DNA of 63,933 nt, filler included, from Rhabdomonas costata (GCA_019059605.1; 31 parts of 31 records of this genome joined end to end with filler, not necessarily neighbours in it), one strand, 5' to 3'; positions 1 through 13,239 are shown, numbered from the whole stretch's first letter. Notes: generated from the sequence alone by a model not told the origin. Numbers and translations are program-made.

Positions 1-769
1 GGGTTTGGGTGCAACAAGAATGAGAGGGTCGAACGTCCCACTTCTTGAGCCACCCGTTCCCAAAGTTACTGAACCCTATGCCACGTCTTCGGCTCCCAAA
101 GATAACCATAATCTCAGCCGATCATCGAAGACCATGCGTCATCGGAATACCGCTCACAGAATTGCCGGAAGCTGGCGTCGCTAGCCCCGTGGCTGCCTCG
201 ATTAAGACTTGTGCATTGGCACCGCAGCTGGCTGGGGTCGGCACCACCACAGCTAGCATCCGCACAGTAAGCGGAGGAACTTTGGGGTTGTAGAAGCGAT
301 TGACCGCATTGGAAGGCACCCCCGGGAAGACCCAGGGGTCGAAGGTTCCGAACAGCGAGGTCCAGGTGTCACACAAGTGGGCTGGATAGGGCACCGGGTG
401 GGTGGTGCCCAGCGCTCGCATTCCCTCGGTGAGATTGGAGAGCGGAACGAGGAAGGTGCGCAGAAATCTCTCCCAGCTGAGAACTTGCCCTGCAAAGGCG
501 GGCGGGAGGATTTCTCCGTGTTCTCTTCAAAGAGCAGATATGGAAATATTGGGAAGCGGTCGGGACACACATACCTTGCTTCTCAAGTCAAATCGGAAAA
601 GCACGAATTATAATCGATGCTGTGGACAAATTTCAGAAATGGAACAACAACATCCAACTGCAAGATAATTCGAAGGAACAAGGTGGGTGAAAAGCTCCAA
701 ATCCTCCGCGGTCTTCCGGATTCGCAAAAGAGAAATTGCAGCCCAAATTCGACCGAACCCACATTCCAT

Positions 770-770
<1 letters not shown>

Positions 771-805
<35 letters not shown>
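771..805 (+). repeat. (CAT)n microsatellite
   Basis: Direct reading; it produces the spurious poly-H, poly-D and poly-M ORFs. Confidence 0.95.
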
Positions 806-807
<2 letters not shown>

Positions 808-1143
808 CTTGAATTCACAGAACAACAAGCTGTGAGTAAAGAGTGGCTGCCTAGCACTGGAACAAAAAGGACCTTTACGAAGTTGTCCCTCACCTTCCAG
901 CATTAAGACAAACATATCCGAAAAACGTTAAAATTTCCGAAGCTCTGCCCCACCCCAAACACAGTTTTGAGCGCATCCGCCCAGAAGCTCACATGGCACC
1001 GCAGTAAAACGATAAACCAGCCCTTGCACACAAAAGCTTCTGAGGGAGTCTCAAGAATGACGCCCTGAAGAGACTAGCACTGCAAGACGTCACGGGGATC
1101 CACCAAAACCTGAAGTGTGCGTGGGAGAATACACTGGCGGTAC

Positions 1144-1869
1144 CTTTCCCAAACTGGCTCCAAGCCGGCCGGAAGTTCTCGATAACGGCAGCTTTTTTGT
1201 TGTAGTCCCTCACAAAGCGCAGATAGGGCAGCAGTGGGACGTACTGTGGGAAATTCTTTTCTAGGACCTCGAGGTGGGCCAGCGAGGCCAATCCGTGGGT
1301 GCGGTTTCGGACGAGCAGGTCCATGCCCTCGTACAGCTCATGCGGCAGCATCAGCAGTCCTTTGTCAAAGGTGCGCGACAGCTCCTTGGGGCTGCGAAGC
1401 AGCCAGGCCTGAATGCCGAAGGCTCCCCGGTTGGCCTGATGGACACGGTAACCCAGCTGGTTGGGGAGCTGCTCCACCAGAAAAGCTGCGAAGGAAGGGC
1501 GAACCTGAGAGAAACTGCGTAAGCTCCTCGTTTTATTTGCCAACTTGGTGCCCATCCGTACATCCCTTTCCGCTTGCTCTGTCGTCCTTCCATTCACTCA
1601 GCCACCAATGCCTGCTAGAGCCCCCTTTCTCAACGCAGGGGCTGTGGTTGAGGTGGAGAGAGCAACGAGCAAGAGGGAGAAGCTATTTTTAGGAGGGTGT
1701 TTCTCTTGTAACCACGCTTGATACCGTGCACGTGGTTTCCCATCAGCATGAAGTGATACAGTACTCGGGTCCCACTGGCGCCCCGCCGTGCGGCGAAGGC
1801 TTTCACTATATCGTCTCCAAAGAGCTCCACGAAACCAGCACGAAAGTCGTATGGCGGGTGACGGAATTC
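1144..1869 (-). CDS. hypothetical protein, internal exons
   Basis: Exon 1504-1144 (ctctcag|GTT...AAA G|gtaccg) is a 361-nt open frame with coding-like codon use (VRPSFAAFLVEQLPNQLGYR...AWSQFGK). A probable upstream exon starts at 1869 (EFRHPPYDFRAGFVELFGDD...); its donor is unresolved. Confidence 0.5.
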
Positions 1870-2356
1870 CTGTGAGAACCGTGCACAGAGCCAGCATTTA
1901 GCTAGCTATTCTGAGACGCAGTACCCCATGAGTCCCTCTACTTCCTTCTTTTTCCCACCAACCCACCNNNNNNNNNNNNNNNNNNNNNNNNNNNNNNNNN
2001 NNNNNNNNNNNTTAATTAATTAANNNNNNNNNNNNNNNNNNNNNNNNNNNNNNNNNNNNNNNNNNNNAATCATTGTCTCAACTGCAAATCTCGTGACCAA
2101 GCAAACTACAAAAGACCCTTTAGCACATAAACCTAGCACCACCCGTCCCCACCAAGGCAGAGACAGGGTGCCGGAAACATTCGGTATTAACACAAAATCC
2201 CCATTCAACTCAAGGGCGCCTTTCCTCTTCGTTTCTTCCTCGTGCAAAATTAATCCCAATCAAGTCAAGCAGGAACAGGTTGGCTCCCGTCGTGTCCAGC
2301 GGCATTACCTGAAACTGGACAGCTTCCTCTTAACCTCCAACCCGTCCCCACAGTAC

Positions 2357-4017
2357 CTGGTGAGCGGGTCAGCCCGGGGAAATGCCGGGGCAGGAACCGA
2401 TCGCAGCAGCGCGCCCAGGGATGACGACGGAGAAAGCGCGGCGGCCACTAGGGGGCCATGCGCTGGCCCGCGGGCAAGCCCACCCAGAACGTCCAGCACA
2501 CCATGCACCAGCCACGAAAGCCGCGGGCGCGGGGAGCCACAGCGCTCTTGTGATGCGAAGAAAAAACAAGCAAACGCCAACAACGACTGAGGGTGGGGGT
2601 CGCACGTCTGTCACAACAGACTTGGACATTTACCGTACATATCACCATATTTTTCGATGCGCATTTGGGAAGTCCCCACCCATCCCAAGATGTACCGGTA
2701 GCAACACAGGCCGCACAGAGCTCCTTCACATCCAGGGTGAGGTCAATCGCGGGAGGTACATCGGGCGGGGGGGAGGCGCAGCACCAGCGTGGCCTGGCGA
2801 AGATTGTCGGGGCGGCACATCAAGGGAAGGAACAGGGTGTGGGAGACATTGTGCGTGTCCCATTGACACCCCGCATGAGTGCGAACGGCTTTCTCCTATC
2901 CTTCGCTCTGATTTATTCAGAGGGGGCGACCAGCAGTATGAATGTCTGGCCTAGCCCAGCAAAGCATTCGCTTCGCCGGGGCCAGCTACGACACAAGAGT
3001 CAATGTGCCCCCCCTCTCCCGCATCAAAAGTCAATCTTTCGATGTCCCATTTCCGAAAAAAAAAAAAGTGAAATGGGGAATTTTCAGCACAGACAATCCA
3101 GCGGAGCAACCTTCTTGGGAAGAGGCCAATGGAGCCTGCCTGTACAGACAGAAGCCTTCCGCAAGGAGGCGATTCAGAGGTGGAAGCACCACTCCCGCGA
3201 CTTCTCCGGGCCGAAGCTGCTCCCTCGTGCTGCTGCTGCTGCTGGTGTTCTCGTGCCATGCCAAGGCCAGGACCTGTGTAAAAGTACCGCGTGAAGCTGG
3301 TAAAGTATGGTGCCAACTGAAGCAAAATGCATGTTTCCGAATGCACCCTCGCCGCAAAAGCACCCTTCAGTTCATATGAGTTGTATTCACCGCAAACGTG
3401 ATACGGAAGAAGTAGATGGCACCCAATCGGCAAGAAGAGAACGGGTGGTGCGAGGGAGAGGGTATAACCGGCAGAAGGCCGCGGAGCCTTTCCGAGGGAG
3501 ATCCCGTTCCCTCGACAAGCAGCACCAGGGCCCACAGGCACCCTCGAGAGACCGTGAGCAGCCATGAGGCATCCGACGCCCTGCACACATATAGCGCATG
3601 GTAAAGCATAGCAAAGGGACAGGGGAGAAGAGCAGCACGTTACACATAAGCTCAACCTCTATTCGGATCAGGTGCGGATGAAGAGGCAAGTTCGGCGGCA
3701 GCTGAGTATTCGGAAACGGGGTTTGCACACAAACCGATGTCGCCGACGTGCCCCTGTCTTGTCACAGAACAAACACAGTTTCTGTGAAATGAAAGCAGCT
3801 TGCACAACAGGCACCCGCGGTGCTGTTCCGGCGCCAGCCTGGAGAGCTCACGCAAGCGCTCCCTCCAACGATGTACAAACGGCTGGGTCCACCCCTGTGG
3901 TGGACGCAGCTCATCCTCCTGCTCCCGAACCCGCTCCGCCCAACGCCGCGCAGTTTCTGCAGAGCAGTGGCATCCCAGGCCGTCCTCCACAAACCCCAAG
4001 GCGATCTCCAGCATTGG
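2357..4017 (-). CDS. hypothetical Leu/Ala-rich protein, 5 phase-compatible exons
   Basis: Exons 4017-3815, 3580-3469, 3273-3140, 2793-2696 and 2546-~2357 splice in one open frame (intron phases 2,0,2,1) with AG acceptors. No family recognised. Confidence 0.6.
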
Positions 4018-4471
4018 CTAGACCCACGCTGGCNNNNNNNNNNNNNNNNNNNNNNNNNNNNNNNNNNNNNNNNNNNNTTAATTAATTAANNNNNNNNNNN
4101 NNNNNNNNNNNNNNNNNNNNNNNNNNNNNNNNNTGACTCCTCTGCTGCTGGGCGGGGGTTCTTGGGAAACTTCAACCTCAATTCCCATGAGCTCCAGTCC
4201 TCAGCGTTGGCCCAGTCTGATTATATCGCTCAGTGGCCTCTCTTGAACCGTTTTTCTGCCTGGGATCCTCGGGTCATCTTCTTACCACATAGTGGCCGTG
4301 GAGCATTCTTCGTCAGTGACACAAGTCTTTTGTAAATGTATGATCGTTTCCAGGGAAGACTACTGGCTGGCATCACTCTAATACCGCATGTGTTCCCGAG
4401 ATTATAGTCGAATTGTAGTTCAACGATGTGCAACGCAGGATGCTGTATTTTTTAGCAGAATAATAAGCGAC

Positions 4472-6037
4472 CAAAATCTCGGGAACACCCGGTAAGCCCT
4501 GCCGCGCGATAGGTTCCAATCACCCACTCGCAACAAAAACGATGTGTAAACACCGTTGAGAGACTGTACATGTGAGGGTAAGTCACCGTTGAGCCCCAGT
4601 GGGCGGGGCATGGGTGGTGATTTCCAACGACGAGGAACAACACAGTGAACAGTGAGAAGGAGTAAATAGCGAATGGGGAGAATGCTCGAAGGAATGACAC
4701 CTGGAACTGAGGGCACGTAGGTGGGCTTCCCGTACCGCCGCCACAGCGCGGTGTTCACCAGGGAATTGCCCCCCACTCCGCCCGAGATCACCAATCCCTC
4801 CACATTCCGCAAAATGTCCATTCTGGCGAGGACGCACGCGCGAATTCTGTCTCTTCCTCTCCTCCTCTACCCTGGCCTTTTCCTGTTTACTCCCATCGAC
4901 CTTCCAGAAAATGGCTCGCTTGTCGTCCCCTCTTCTCCCGAAGAAGAGAGCACACAGCTGAGCTTCTATAAATATCATAAAGTGAAATTCGAGAGAGATT
5001 CGGAATCGAGTCAGCCGCAATGATAACTGCAGTTTGAACGCCCCCCCCCCACTCCCATCCGGTCTTCTGCAGAAACTCACCACACAATGCGGCCCAAACG
5101 TTTGAGGCAACGGTACCTGTCTAAATAGCGGGTGAACTTCTCCAGCAGAGTGAGCTGAGCGGACGCGGCCCAGGCAAGGGCAACTGTGCGGTTGCTCCAG
5201 AGCTTAAACTGCCGTGAGAGAGTCCTTAGCTGAGAAACCTGGCGGCCTGCATATGCCAACCGAAAAAAGTCTCAAACACAAAGGGAAGGTAAGAGGATGA
5301 CATTTGCAAATTGGAAGTTCTTTTGTGGATCGATTTCTTCGCTCAGTCAGAGGGCAAGCCGCGAAATTGAACCGAAAGAAAGCAACGGCCTTTCCCGTGG
5401 GGAGCCAGAGCCTCAAACGACATGCGAAACAACCCACACACATAGAACCACTCGCAAAGTCGGGAGGTGGATCTACGATCCACCAGTGGTTACAACTGCA
5501 AAACTCAAAGAACTTTCTTATCGGAGGATTGGTATACCTAAAAAAAACTCAGAGGAACGTATGTGACGCATTTCAATCTGAGGGCATCACACCCTTTATA
5601 ATAATACCGTCAAGAGCACTATGTTAAAAAATTGTCCACCGATGCCCCCCATCATTTTCATTCAGGCCCATATGAAAGAAAAATCTTGACCTGTAAAGCC
5701 ACGTGGAATGCTTCCGGTTGATACATGAAGCTTGTGCGACGTGTGGTGCCCACAAGGGCAGCTCTTTATTGTTCACATCATAACTACACAAAAAGACCAA
5801 TAATTCCCCGGTTCCGAATTTACGATATACCATGATTTACACACCCGCCGGAAGCACGTACACCCGCCGCAGAGCGGCCACCATGGCAGGATCGGGCACG
5901 CCCCAAGTGGAGTAGTCCATCGCAGCTCCCGCCGCGCAGAAGAGGCTGCGACGAGGCTCACACCACTGCCGCACTTCAGGCACGGAATCCCCCATCGAAG
6001 TGAAACCCCGACCCAGGTTATGGCTCCGCCGAACCAC
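4472..6037 (-). CDS. NodU/CmcH/TobZ-family carbamoyltransferase-like protein (Kae1-like domain), partial
   Basis: Exons 6037-5845, 5246-5117, 4822-4701 and 4526-~4472 splice in frame. Motifs appear in family order: HNLGRGF (cf. HSLGxxY), AGAAMDYSTWG (cf. GKxMGLAxYG), WAASAQ (cf. LAASAQ), LVISGGVGGNSLVN (cf. LxxxGGVALNxxxN), VP..GD.NLS.G.AY (cf. PAxGDxGxAxGAA). Confidence 0.7.
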
Positions 6038-6876
6038 CTGAGGAACAAAAACCCGCCACACCAGCGCAGTATCCGAGCAGAAAGGAATTGCAAAAAAAAN
6101 NNNNNNNNNNNNNNNNNNNNNNNNNNNNNNNNNNNNNNNNNNNTTAATTAATTAANNNNNNNNNNNNNNNNNNNNNNNNNNNNNNNNNNNNNNNNNNNNG
6201 TGTGGTGGTGGTGGTGGTGGTGGTGGTGGGGAGGGGTACGGTGTTAAAGCGGTAATTGCTCCCGCCTATCCCTGTATCAGTCAGTCCATATGATGAGGCC
6301 GTGGATGAGGTTATGTCCCGCCTTATCGCCTCGCTGGCCTCCTCCTGAACTGAATGTGTCCCCCTGGGCTGGGGACTCAGCAGAACGCAGCGATGTTGGT
6401 AGCTGGATGCGGGGTTCACTGTCACATTATGCTCCCTTGCTGATCCAGATGACCACACTCTCATCAAGAGTTCCTGTGAGCTCGGTTACCCTTGGTAAGC
6501 GTAAGCCACCCCGCTCCCCTCAAAGATCAATTGGCCCATAAGGCGGTCCATGGTTGAGCTGTTTCGTGCACCCGCTGTTCTCTAATTTCAACTGCAGGGA
6601 ATGTTTGAACAAGAGGTTGTGGATCTTTCAGTTGGAAGGGGAATCTCATCCCAACTGCAACCTGCATTATCCATTGCCTGTGTGCCATTACACTGTGTTT
6701 GCGTGTGTAGCGACGTCTTGCCCTCTTGACTGCCTTCTGCTGGAAGCATTGTTTTATTTCTTTAGGGAGGGGGGCAGTTTATTTGGCCGGATGATGTGCT
6801 TAGGGTGCTAAGAGCCGACCGCACTTTGCCGATCGCTGAGTGCTTCCCAATATACTGACTGCTCGTCGTTTTGCAG

Positions 6877-7974
6877 GACGACCGCTATGGACAAGTTCTC
6901 GGCGATCCTGAAGGATATCTTGGCCCCGTTTATGCAGGACACGTACTACCACGCGTTTGTGGTCCCTATTGAGTCCCAACTTGGAGGGGACAGGAAGAAG
7001 CTCAGCGAGTACAAGAAGCGCGTGGGAGACGAGCCTGTGGACCTCGAGGTGCGGCTTCTCCAGATGCTCCCACGTTCTGCAGCAGTTTTTGCCTCCCGAG
7101 ACCAATGCTGTGCATTTGCAAACGAAAAAGAAAAAGGGAAAAAAAATGAACGAAAGAGATAGGACTTATTTCATTTCTATTTACCTTTACATAATTACAC
7201 AGACAGTTTACGTATTGGTGCAACTGGCTTTAAAAGGAGTGGGAAAGGGATTCCATCCTCACTTCTCTTCTCTCTCTTTGGCAGATGATTGTGAAGAAGT
7301 TGGATGCCCTGCAGATCCACTCCGTCCAGGGCTTTCTGGAGCTCATGGAGCGGCTGGAGCGGAATTGCCACCGGTACTGCGATGAGAAATACGTCCACCT
7401 CCCTACGATCGCCACCCAGCTGGTGTCTGAGGTCCGGAAGGCCGTGGAGCAGCGCCGAGCCGAGCTCGAGCAGCTCCAGAGGGCTTCCATTGTGCAGCTC
7501 GCTCCCCGCCGTACGGTGTGTCTGGCTGTGCATGTGGTGGGTGTGGATGAAGTGGATGGGGATGAAGGAGTAGGCGTATACTGGAGTGGCCTTTCATTCT
7601 CCTAGGTTCTCCCGGAGGGCCTACTGGCGGCGAGTTCTGGAACCGGTCAGGCCAGGCCCCACCGCAAGCGGCGGCGAACCTCAGGCCCTGCAGACGCACA
7701 TTCCACACACGTCATCATCAAGGCCAGCCGGGGAGAGGCTCCGGGCAGCCCAGGCTCGTCCTCACCTCCCCCTGGCTCCCCAGTAAGCCCGGTTGACGTT
7801 CCCTTGCCCTTTATGCATTTCGACCCCGGCACGGGCAACGTGGACCCGGCTGCGGCAGCAGCCTCTCAGCCAAATGGAGGAGGGCTCTCTGCGCTTCACA
7901 GTGAAGTCGATAGGCAGGCTGCCGGGGTGGAGAATCCCTTGCATGATGCCACGCTTGCCGCTGATAGCCTGTAA
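6877..7974 (+). CDS. bromodomain protein (TAF1-like bromodomain), C-terminal exons
   Basis: Exons 6877-7048, 7285-~7515 and 7606-7974 (TAA). Spliced sequence reads AFVVPI...SEYKKRVGDEPVDLEMIVKKL...SVQGFLELMERLERNCHRYC, matching F..P...YY..I..PMDL..I..KL...F..D..L...N...YN. It is followed by a low-complexity tail with the NLS-like HRKRRR. Confidence 0.75.
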
Positions 7975-8582
7975 CCTGTCTGTGTGGGCTTCGCCTTCCT
8001 GACGTTCCGGTTGTTATGGAGCAGACCGTGGAAAACAAGCACACAAATATATTAACTGCCCTTTTCAGATTTATATGCGCCACATTCGTGCATCCATTGC
8101 AGGCGGGCACTATCCTGAATTGCTTGATGAGAGCCGTGATCTACTCTAGCCAAACCCACCCACCCNNNNNNNNNNNNNNNNNNNNNNNNNNNNNNNNNNN
8201 NNNNNNNNNTTAATTAATTAANNNNNNNNNNNNNNNNNNNNNNNNNNNNNNNNNNNNNNNNNNNNTGTGGGGGGTGTGCATGTATGTATTGATATCACGG
8301 TTTGGGTCCTGAAGCAGGTCATTGCATAGAGTGCCTATGTCACTCTGGGCCTCTATGTGGTGTATCGAGCCATGCCAACATAAGTGTAAGGTCAACCATG
8401 CCATGGCGTCATCACCTAACGGTGGTAATATATATGGGAGTCACAACAATGTAAATACATGCTATGTGTGTGGCGGTGGTGTTTTATGTGCCACGGAACA
8501 GTGCAATCACTTCTGTGGTGGTTGCATGGGTGTAGAAACCCTGAAAACCCACGCTATGGTGGTTGTAGTGCTGTGTCATTAC

Positions 8583-9203
8583 CCTCGGTATAGGTGGCCG
8601 TCGAAGGTGCTGACCAATACCTCAACAGGATTGGACATCTCTGCTTCCCACTGACCCCATTTCAGAGCCAGGAGGGGAACCCGAAATAAAAACCTTTCGG
8701 GTTCAACAGAAAGAGCACACAGAAAAGGTTTTTCCGTGCAGGATGAAGGCACGGCATCAATAAAGAAGCATGGAAAAGGGTAATGTTGTCTGCAGTTTTC
8801 CAGCATCGTCATGCAGAACCTGCTGCAGGGTCTGCAATCAGGGTGTTGGAAGCAGACAATAAAAACACTGAGAAAGGGGCCCCTGCAATTCGCTGTGCCT
8901 TCGAAAAAGGGAGCAGCAAAGAGAGCAATCTTGGGGGGGGGGGGCGCATCGCGGCTCTCCTGCTGCTTGGAGGCTGTCGGCGTGAATAGCGCGCCTCAGC
9001 AATCGCCGCTGACATGAAGCCAAGAAGTGGGAATCCTCACGGAAAGGAAGTGGAGAGACAGGACGAACGGAGCAGCAAAAAGCACACAAGAAAAAAGGGG
9101 CGAAAAAAAGAAAAGAAAATCAAGGAGCGACCAAATGCGGAAGCTGGTTCACAGGTGCGTAGCGCACCGATCCGCTGGAGCACAAAGATAAGCATGAAGG
9201 CAG
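8583..9203 (-). CDS. possible short exons of an unknown protein
   Basis: Two phase-1-compatible exons join as AFMLIFVLQRIGALRTCEPASAF-E-MSNPVEVLVSTFDGHLYRG with GT donors. Short, with no anchor. Confidence 0.3.
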
Positions 9204-9746
9204 CTGGATAAATGAGGTCAGCACGCCGAGACGAGCACGGAACGGGGAAGTCTAGGGGAAGCACAGGGGAAGCAGCACATGATGCAAACCGCAACAACGA
9301 AAAGACTATAAGTGTGGCACTAGGTTTCAGTGGCCAAAACAAGTCGAAGGAAGGTCGGCTGGAGACGCGGGAGAGTGGGAGAGTTAATCCCCAAAAGAAA
9401 ATGCACGACGGAGGAGGCTTTTGCACAGGAGTCCCTGAGCGGCTTCTTCCATGGCATTCTCCAAAGACAACATGAGAAGGAACGCATTTAAAGGACACCT
9501 AAGAGAAATCAGGTTCACGAGGGAAAAGGAAACGTTCCCTCGGATGTGAAAAAAGGACTTTTAGACGTCCCAAAAAGGTCGCGAGCATCAGCAGCAGCTG
9601 TGCAACGGCTCTGCAGAAAAGCAAACATGACGTTCCAATTTTGAAAAAGTCGACCGCGCAAAGCAAAGGGCCGAATCACGGCTGGGTTCTTGTTTGGAAG
9701 CGTTGCGTTGGCTGGTCCGAGTGTCGCTGGCGGATCCCTATTTTTT

Positions 9747-9748
<2 letters not shown>

Positions 9749-9780
<32 letters not shown>
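9749..9780 (+). repeat. (AC)n microsatellite
   Basis: Direct reading. Confidence 0.95.
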
Positions 9781-9783
<3 letters not shown>

Positions 9784-11317
9784 GCATAGGCTTGACCAGC
9801 CCACGCCGAACGGGCCAGACAAAAACCTCTTGGCCTGCGCCCAAACAAACGACTAGATTCGGAGGACACAGCGCAACATCCGCCACATCAGTTTTACAGG
9901 AATTAGTGTTGCAACACTGCTGATAAACTTAGGCCACGGCAGACGAGGAAATAAAGCTCAAGGAGGCTGAGCCGGGGGAAGGGGCTTCGACTCTGCTTCA
10001 ACCCTACCCAAGTTGGTAAATAATGCGCTGACAAATAGGCCAATGAACTCTGCTTCAGACTTGTCTCTCTGGATGCTTGCTTACCTTTTTCGGCATCGAA
10101 AGCAAGACCATATTGCGATAATTGCAACAAAGTGAACGTTAATCCCGATTTCGCAAGTGGTTTTCAACAAAGCTGTGAAGAAGGCAGCAATGGAAATGCC
10201 CGAATCAGAGACAGAAGTCCATGCGGCTAACCCAAAAANNNNNNNNNNNNNNNNNNNNNNNNNNNNNNNNNNNNNNNNNNNNTTAATTAATTAANNNNNN
10301 NNNNNNNNNNNNNNNNNNNNNNNNNNNNNNNNNNNNNNTTTTTGGGCTCTGGGTTGGTTTAATGGGTTAATTTTTTTCGGGTCGGACTAATTTGGATCAA
10401 AAAATCAAAATCCATTTTCCGAATTTTTTTCGAAATCGACTTTTTTTCGACATTTTTCGAAAATTTCTGAACCAATCTATATTTCTTGATATTCTTCCGG
10501 TTTCGGTATGAATCGATTTTGGCGAGGTGGGACAGCTCACCCTCCTGAGCTTTATTGTCCATTTCGAGGCCCATTTTGTCATTTATGTCATTTATTCAAC
10601 AAAATCAAGATGGCAACCAGACAATGGAATTCACAGACAAGCCTCACACTCTGAGCCTTCCACTGGTATAATAACATGATGCCAAAAAGGAAGACGTCAA
10701 TCAAAAAAGGTGCGACCCTTTGATGAGTTGATGTTGATAGGGCGGGGATACCAAAGCATTTTCCCCCATCGGACTGCAATACCACAATCCGGCCACGTTG
10801 AATGTGTGCGTCGCCCTCCGTTAGATCCTAAATTTGGGCGGCCCCGCTCAAAATCATCTTGCGTCTCATGTCTTAAAGTTCCACCAGCCCACGCGTCTGC
10901 CTCCACCTCTTTGACCTCTCACATGCGTCCATCAAACCCAAGCGACAGGCAGCCAGTATCAATTTTGAAGCGCTGGACTCTCTAAAGCAACAGAAACAGA
11001 AATCCATGTAACCCACTAATGCACCTAAGTGCGGTTGCAGAGAGTTCACTAACCCATTATCACAAAGGATCGAATCGGCAAGTTTATCATCAGAGTTAAT
11101 TCATCATCGCTTGGAGCTGGCTTTCGGTTTCCTTCTATTTAACTCCTGAGCAAGAAACACAGCAAGGCAAGACTTCTCAAAGGTGTCTGCGCACGGTCCG
11201 CTGGGCTCTCTAGATCTTTGGTTTACACTTCTAAAAGCACCTGATGCAGTCAATACAAAAGAACAATACAATTGTAATTTGGGTGGTGTACACACACCAG
11301 TCTTTCTTGTGGTTTAC

Positions 11318-11481
11318 TTTGACATTCGAAGGACGCCATCGCGAGGCATCTCCCCGGAATCGACGTGTCCGCAGCACTCCGCCAGCTTTCTCGATGGGTA
11401 GTCCAAGGAAAGAATTGACACCGCCTCCAGGAAGCAAGGCAGCGCTTGATGGGTGTCGCTTTCGATGAACAGCGCAATGCC
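11318..11481 (-). CDS. possible exon with a TPR-like helix pair
   Basis: ttgcag|GGC...AA|gtaaac, translating GIALFIESDTHQALPCFLEAVSIL... Confidence 0.3.
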
Positions 11482-13176
11482 CTGCAATGAAAACAGCAGA
11501 TTTCATGATACAAAGTAAAAGCACGAGCATTTTTTTCAAATAGGAGTTGATTGGAATCAAAATCCCGTATCAAATTGACGGAGCACCGAGCGAGAAGACC
11601 CTGCTTATAGAGAAACAATTCCTTCAAATGGCCTCACCTCACAACAACACAGCCAAAGTTCCAGCTCGGGCCGCCAATGAGCTCACAGCGAAACTACGCC
11701 GGACAGTGAGGCCCGCGGCTGAAGAAAGCGATTTGGAAAGGAAGTTCATATTACCCGAAAACAGGGGTCAGTACCCGGCCACGTTATCCCACAGCGGTCA
11801 CGAAAAGCACCAAAAGCAAATTAGCACAGCGCAGGCAGAAGCGGGTTGGGGAGGAGGGCGGGAATGGCCAAAAGGCAACCGAATCGAACGCAAAAAAGTA
11901 CCTTTTCGTAGCAATTCACCACTCGAAGCACAAGTTCTCGACGAATCCATTGCCAGTAGAACAGCACCAGAGGATCGCAGCCTGCAAAGAAAAAACGGGC
12001 AGATCCCAGCCATGGAAAATATAGCATCAAAAAGCCTCCCTTAAGCCCTTAAGCATCCTCCAGGACATTACAAACCGAAGCATCATTACCGACCACACCG
12101 GTGTCACCATGAACTACTCCTGGCCTCTACCCTCAGGTCTACTCAGTAGGCCCAGCCGAAAGTTTACGCTCAGTATGCAGCGGAGCAAAGCTCAAGCAGC
12201 GCTCCTCAGGCCCTTAATATGCGGGTGAGTAGAAAAAGGCCTGAAAAATGCCCAAACTGGAGCTGGGGTAGAGAACCAAACTGGGGTAGAGAACCAACCA
12301 CAGGNNNNNNNNNNNNNNNNNNNNNNNNNNNNNNNNNNNNNNNNNNNNTTAATTAATTAANNNNNNNNNNNNNNNNNNNNNNNNNNNNNNNNNNNNNNNN
12401 NNNNGTGTTGGGTGTGGTTGGGGTTGGGGGGGACCTTGCCCCACCTCCAGAGGAAGGGGGGGCCCCGGAAGAGTGAGACCCTTCAGAAAGAGAAAGCTTT
12501 TCCGCGCCCCCTGTATGTGTATGTATGTGTGGTTCTGTTTCATGTGTCGCGTTCTGTCTGTGCGTGGGGCTGAGCTGCTTTTGCTTTGCTTCTCCATATG
12601 GAATGTTTTTTGTCGTTGCATGCCTTTCTTCGAAAACTGTACTTGTGATTTGCAATGTGGGACAGCGGAAGATGTACGTCTTCAGCGTGCTTCTTGGATG
12701 TGTTCATGGGAGGTGGACGCGTTTTTTGTTCCTTAAAAATGTCTTTTTCGTTCTTATAACCGTTCTTATAACCCAATTCAATTGATTGATTGCCATTTTT
12801 ACCGTTGCTTTCGATCAACCGTGCGGTGCGAAATGGGCGGTTCGAACCTTGAGGTTCGCCATCGGCGGACGTCGGCTTTTTCATATGACCATCCCGCCGT
12901 GGCCAAGCCAAACCCCGATCTGGATGGGTTGAAACGATCCACCGGCAAGACCTTCCTTGCCGTGGCGCTTTGCCGGACCGCCGCCCCGTCAATTCAAGGG
13001 CCACATGTGCCCCATTTAAAACCACCGCCCACGTGCTTTCTTGCCTGTTTTTGGGAATAGGGTCGGTTGTTTCAATCAATTCTTGGGATTTTTGAATACC
13101 AATAATGGCCGCATTCGAGCTTTACAACCCAAAAAGAATGCTGCAAATTTTCTTTCGGGTTTCTTCTTTAACGCTC

Positions 13177-13181
<5 letters not shown>

Positions 13182-13237
<56 letters not shown>
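13182..13237 (+). repeat. (AC)n microsatellite
   Basis: Direct reading. Confidence 0.95.

Positions 13238-13239
<2 letters not shown>

Noticed and set aside
1265-1522. Plus-strand ORF overlapping the minus-strand exon
   Set aside because: Probably an antisense shadow; the minus frame is longer and has better splice context.
3134-3146. Additional GC donor (TACAG|gcaggc) in the contig-2 gene
   Set aside because: A same-phase GT lies 6 nt upstream and there is no homology to decide, so it was excluded from the GC count.
12920-12975. LDGLKRSTGKTFLAVAL, Walker A-like
   Set aside because: Spacing is G-x5-GKT, and there is no Walker B or supporting exon structure.
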